DNA of 24,000 bases. Source: an uncultured Porticoccus sp. Its GTDB lineage: Bacteria > Pseudomonadota > Gammaproteobacteria > Pseudomonadales > Porticoccaceae. Of this stretch, positions 21,400 through 24,000 are shown piece by piece; within the stretch, counting starts at the first letter, position 1, and each line of letters begins with the position of its first letter. The notes beneath the pieces were generated by a model. The model worked only from the letters and a program-made list of their open reading frames with translations. It did no database searches and was not told where the DNA came from. The stretch covers positions 278,860-302,859 of the forward strand of contig NZ_CAJXST010000004.1 of assembly GCF_913061305.1 (NCBI RefSeq), in the 5' to 3' direction. Both the position numbers and the translations under genes were made by a program.

Positions 21400-23748
21400 A
21401 TGTTAGAAAAATTTGCACTTGCCTGTATCAAATTCAGAAAAAGTGTTCTGGCAGTGGTGGCTGTTCTCACAGTTATATTTGCTTACTTTGCACAGAATAT
21501 CGAAGTTAAAACCGTATTTGACGACCTGATGCCGACCTCGCATCCCTATGTTCAGATACACAACGAATACAAAAACACCTTCGGTGGCACCAATATCATC
21601 ACCTTCATGATCGAAGCGGAAGAAGGTGATATTTTCCAGATGCCGGTTTTGAAGAAGGTCCGTGATCTCACCCAGGGTCTTTACAAGATCAATGCGATCA
21701 ATGAATTCCAGATCTATTCAATCGCCGGTAAAAAACTGAAGGAAGTGCGCGCTTCCACAGAGGGGATTGAAAGCTTCCCCTACATGTGGCCCGCTCTTCC
21801 GGAAGATGAAGCTGGTATTGAAAGGCTTCGGGAAGCAATCTTGCGCAGCCCGCTGGTCTATGGACCCTATGTGTCCAAAGATCTGACAGCTACGCTGGTG
21901 ACGGTGGATTTCTACGACAATCTGCTCGAGTACAACCGCGCCTACAAACAGGCTTACGAACTGGTAGACCGGTTGGATGATGACACCGTCAATATCAGCC
22001 TGGTGGGCAATCCGGTTCTGTACGGTTGGGTAAACCACTTCCTGCCTGAAACCATGAATCTGGTTCTGGTGGCGGCGCTGATCTTCCTGGTACTGCTGTT
22101 CCTGATCAACAGAACCTGGCGCGGTACGCTGTTGCCACTGCTGTCCGGTGCGATCAGCGCCACCTGGGCACTGGGCGCTGCACACATGCTGGGCATTCAC
22201 TTCGACCCGCTGGTAGTCGTGGTGGCCATGCTGATTACTGCCCGTGCAGTATCGCATTCGGTACAGATGATCACCCGCTTCCACGAAGAAATCGACAAGA
22301 TGACCGAGGGTCACGATCTCTGTTCAACGGAGGCGGCCCGCCTGACTCTGAAGGATCTGTTGCGTCCCGGCTTGCTGGGTATTGCTACGGATGCTGGCTG
22401 TGTGACCGTGGTTGCGATCAGCCCGATTCCTCTGTTGCAGAAGCTGGTGGTACTGGCGGTTGTCTGGGTTGGCACCGTGGCGGTGAGCTCGATTATTGTC
22501 ACGCCGATCCTGCTGTCATGGGTGAGAAAACCCAAGTCCTACGCTCACCCGCTGAACCTTGACCTGCTGCTCATCCGTCCTTTCCTGAACATGTGTGTCA
22601 AGATCGTGGAAACCCGGGCGCGCTATGTGGTGGTTGCGTTCTCTTTGGCCCTATTTATCGTTTGTGGCTTTTACGCGGTCGATCTGAAGGTGGGCGATGC
22701 CAACCCCGGTTCACCGATCCTCTGGCCCGATGCCCGTTACAATATCGATTCTGACAATATCAACAGCAAGTTCCCAGGCGCCGACCGGATGTTTGTGGTG
22801 TTTGGTAACGAAACCCGCGATAAAGAAGGCCTCATGAAAGAGGTCGACTCTCTGGACAGCATGTTGCGTTTTCAGCGCTACATGGAGCAGCAAGAGGAAA
22901 TTGGTGGCAGTCTGTCCCTGGCGGATGTTTTGCCGACGGTTAACCAGACAGTGCGGGAAGGTAACTACCGCTACGTGGAGCTGGGTGAAACCACCACCAA
23001 CAACGCCGAACTGATCTATATGTTCGAACGTGCCTCTGAGCCCGGTGACCTGCTTGGCTTTACCGATGTGAAAGCCACCAATGCCTCGGTGACGTTGTTC
23101 TTTACCGACCGTCAGGGCAAGACGATCCAGACAGCGATTGCCCGGATCAATGAGTTCAAGGACAACATGGCGGTTGAAGGGCTGACCATTCACATGGCTG
23201 GCGGTATCATCGGCGTGATCGGTGCGGTGAATGAGGTCATCCTCTCCGGACAGATTCAGTCGATTGCACTGGCGCTCTTCATTCTGGTGATGATGTGTAT
23301 CATTGTGTATCGCTCCAGTATTGCGGGGATGTTCTTTATGGTCCCAGTGGTGCTGTCCAACCTGGTAACCTTCGCCTTCATGGCATGGCAGAACATTGGT
23401 ATGAACATCAATACCGTGCCTGTTGCTGCGCTGGGTATCGGTCTGGGCGTGGACTACGCACTGTATATCTGTGACCGTATCCAGATCGAATACAAATCTG
23501 GCAAGTCACACATCGAAGCCATTTCCATGTCCCTGCACTGTGCGGGACGGGGTGTGCTGGTAACCGCTCTGGTACTGATTGCCAGCGTTGCTGTATGGCT
23601 GTTCTCTTCATTGAGATTCCAGGCTGAGATGGGCATGTTGATCGGCCTGTGGCTGTGTGTCTCTGCATTGAGTGCGTTGTTCCTGATGCCGGCTCTTGCC
23701 TTCATCTTCAAGCCGCGCTTCCTGTTTGGTGAAGTACAGCGTCACTAA
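21400..23748 (+). CDS. RND-superfamily permease of the MMPL / putative-exporter type (12-TM, two periplasmic loops)
   Basis: The track start is TTG 21385. I prefer ATG 21400 with GGAGGA 5 nt upstream (MLEKFALACIKFRK...). It has two internally repeated halves, each with one TM helix, a large soluble loop and a five-TM bundle. The second half carries GIGLGVDYALY, typical of MMPL/RND TM10. Confidence 0.85.
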   Translation: MLEKFALACIKFRKSVLAVVAVLTVIFAYFAQNIEVKTVFDDLMPTSHPYVQIHNEYKNTFGGTNIITFMIEAEEGDIFQMPVLKKVRDLTQGLYKINAINEFQIYSIAGKKLKEVRASTEGIESFPYMWPALPEDEAGIERLREAILRSPLVYGPYVSKDLTATLVTVDFYDNLLEYNRAYKQAYELVDRLDDDTVNISLVGNPVLYGWVNHFLPETMNLVLVAALIFLVLLFLINRTWRGTLLPLLSGAISATWALGAAHMLGIHFDPLVVVVAMLITARAVSHSVQMITRFHEEIDKMTEGHDLCSTEAARLTLKDLLRPGLLGIATDAGCVTVVAISPIPLLQKLVVLAVVWVGTVAVSSIIVTPILLSWVRKPKSYAHPLNLDLLLIRPFLNMCVKIVETRARYVVVAFSLALFIVCGFYAVDLKVGDANPGSPILWPDARYNIDSDNINSKFPGADRMFVVFGNETRDKEGLMKEVDSLDSMLRFQRYMEQQEEIGGSLSLADVLPTVNQTVREGNYRYVELGETTTNNAELIYMFERASEPGDLLGFTDVKATNASVTLFFTDRQGKTIQTAIARINEFKDNMAVEGLTIHMAGGIIGVIGAVNEVILSGQIQSIALALFILVMMCIIVYRSSIAGMFFMVPVVLSNLVTFAFMAWQNIGMNINTVPVAALGIGLGVDYALYICDRIQIEYKSGKSHIEAISMSLHCAGRGVLVTALVLIASVAVWLFSSLRFQAEMGMLIGLWLCVSALSALFLMPALAFIFKPRFLFGEVQRH

Positions 23749-23780
23749 CAGGGAAACAGCTTGAATTCCAATGCAATATT

Positions 23781-23810
23781 AAACAGGGCCCGCGAGGGCC
23801 TTGTTTTTTT
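23781..23810 (+). terminator. Rho-independent terminator of the envelope-module operon
   Basis: AAACAGGGCCC-GCGA-GGGCCTTGTTT forms an 11-bp stem (one G-U) with a GCGA (GNRA) tetraloop. It runs into a T-tract ending at 23810. Confidence 0.75.
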
Positions 23811-24000
23811 GTAGCGTAGATAACGGGTTCAGTGTCACGAGCCCGGTGGCAAGCTGGTTCCTGTGGACCCTGAATGTTGATCGAAAATAAAGTCGGCAGA
23901 AGTTTTGAGTGTGCCGGTTCAATCGGTCCGACTATCCACTAATTGAAAATACGGATTTGACCCAACAACAATAATGAAAATGAATACTGATGTGCTGGAA

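Noticed and set aside
23974-24000. ATG AAA ATG AAT ACT GAT GTG CTG GAA at the right window edge
   Set aside because: Only nine codons are visible, there is no clear Shine-Dalgarno sequence, and it cannot be evaluated.
1-24000. Search for mobile elements, CRISPR arrays, tRNA/rRNA, toxin-antitoxin or defence-system signatures
   Set aside because: I saw no terminal inverted repeats flanking a transposase or integrase-like ORF, no spaced identical repeats, and no cloverleaf-like or rRNA-like sequence. No short paired ORFs are typical of TA modules. The window reads as metabolic and envelope genes.

Overview
This window looks chromosomal and proteobacterial, is moderately GC-rich, and is densely coding. 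I see no rRNA, tRNA, CRISPR array, transposase or integrase. All calls come from reading the sequence and recognising motifs; no homology search was run.

Layout:
1. Left edge (1..1906): a partial GFA-family gene, a small tail-anchored ORF, a cytochrome P460/c'-beta family lipoprotein gene, and a divergent DUF3565 + YeaR/TehB-like (DUF1971) fusion gene.
2. Centre (2192..13027): a sigma54-promoted operon. It encodes a multi-subunit ATP-dependent ketone carboxylase of the acetophenone-carboxylase (Apc) subunit pattern: two HyuA-type paralogues, a 4-Cys gamma subunit, a HyuB-type subunit, and an unassignable 286-aa protein. These are followed by an acyl-CoA ligase, a thiolase and a strong terminator.
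3. A separately transcribed acetoacetyl-CoA reductase (PhbB-like) gene, convergent with an AcoR/AcxR-type GAF + AAA+ + Fis-HTH sigma54 activator.
4. Right (16643..23748): after a 600-bp repeat-containing intergenic region, a four-gene envelope module. It comprises a DUF1302 beta-barrel, a DUF1329 LolA-like protein, a membrane-anchored BNR/Asp-box propeller and an MMPL-type RND permease, ending in a GNRA-tetraloop terminator.

The most interesting hypothesis is that the Apc-type carboxylase pathway, its sigma54 activator and the mechanistically uncharacterised DUF1302/DUF1329/BNR/RND module form one hydrophobic methyl-ketone uptake and catabolism locus.
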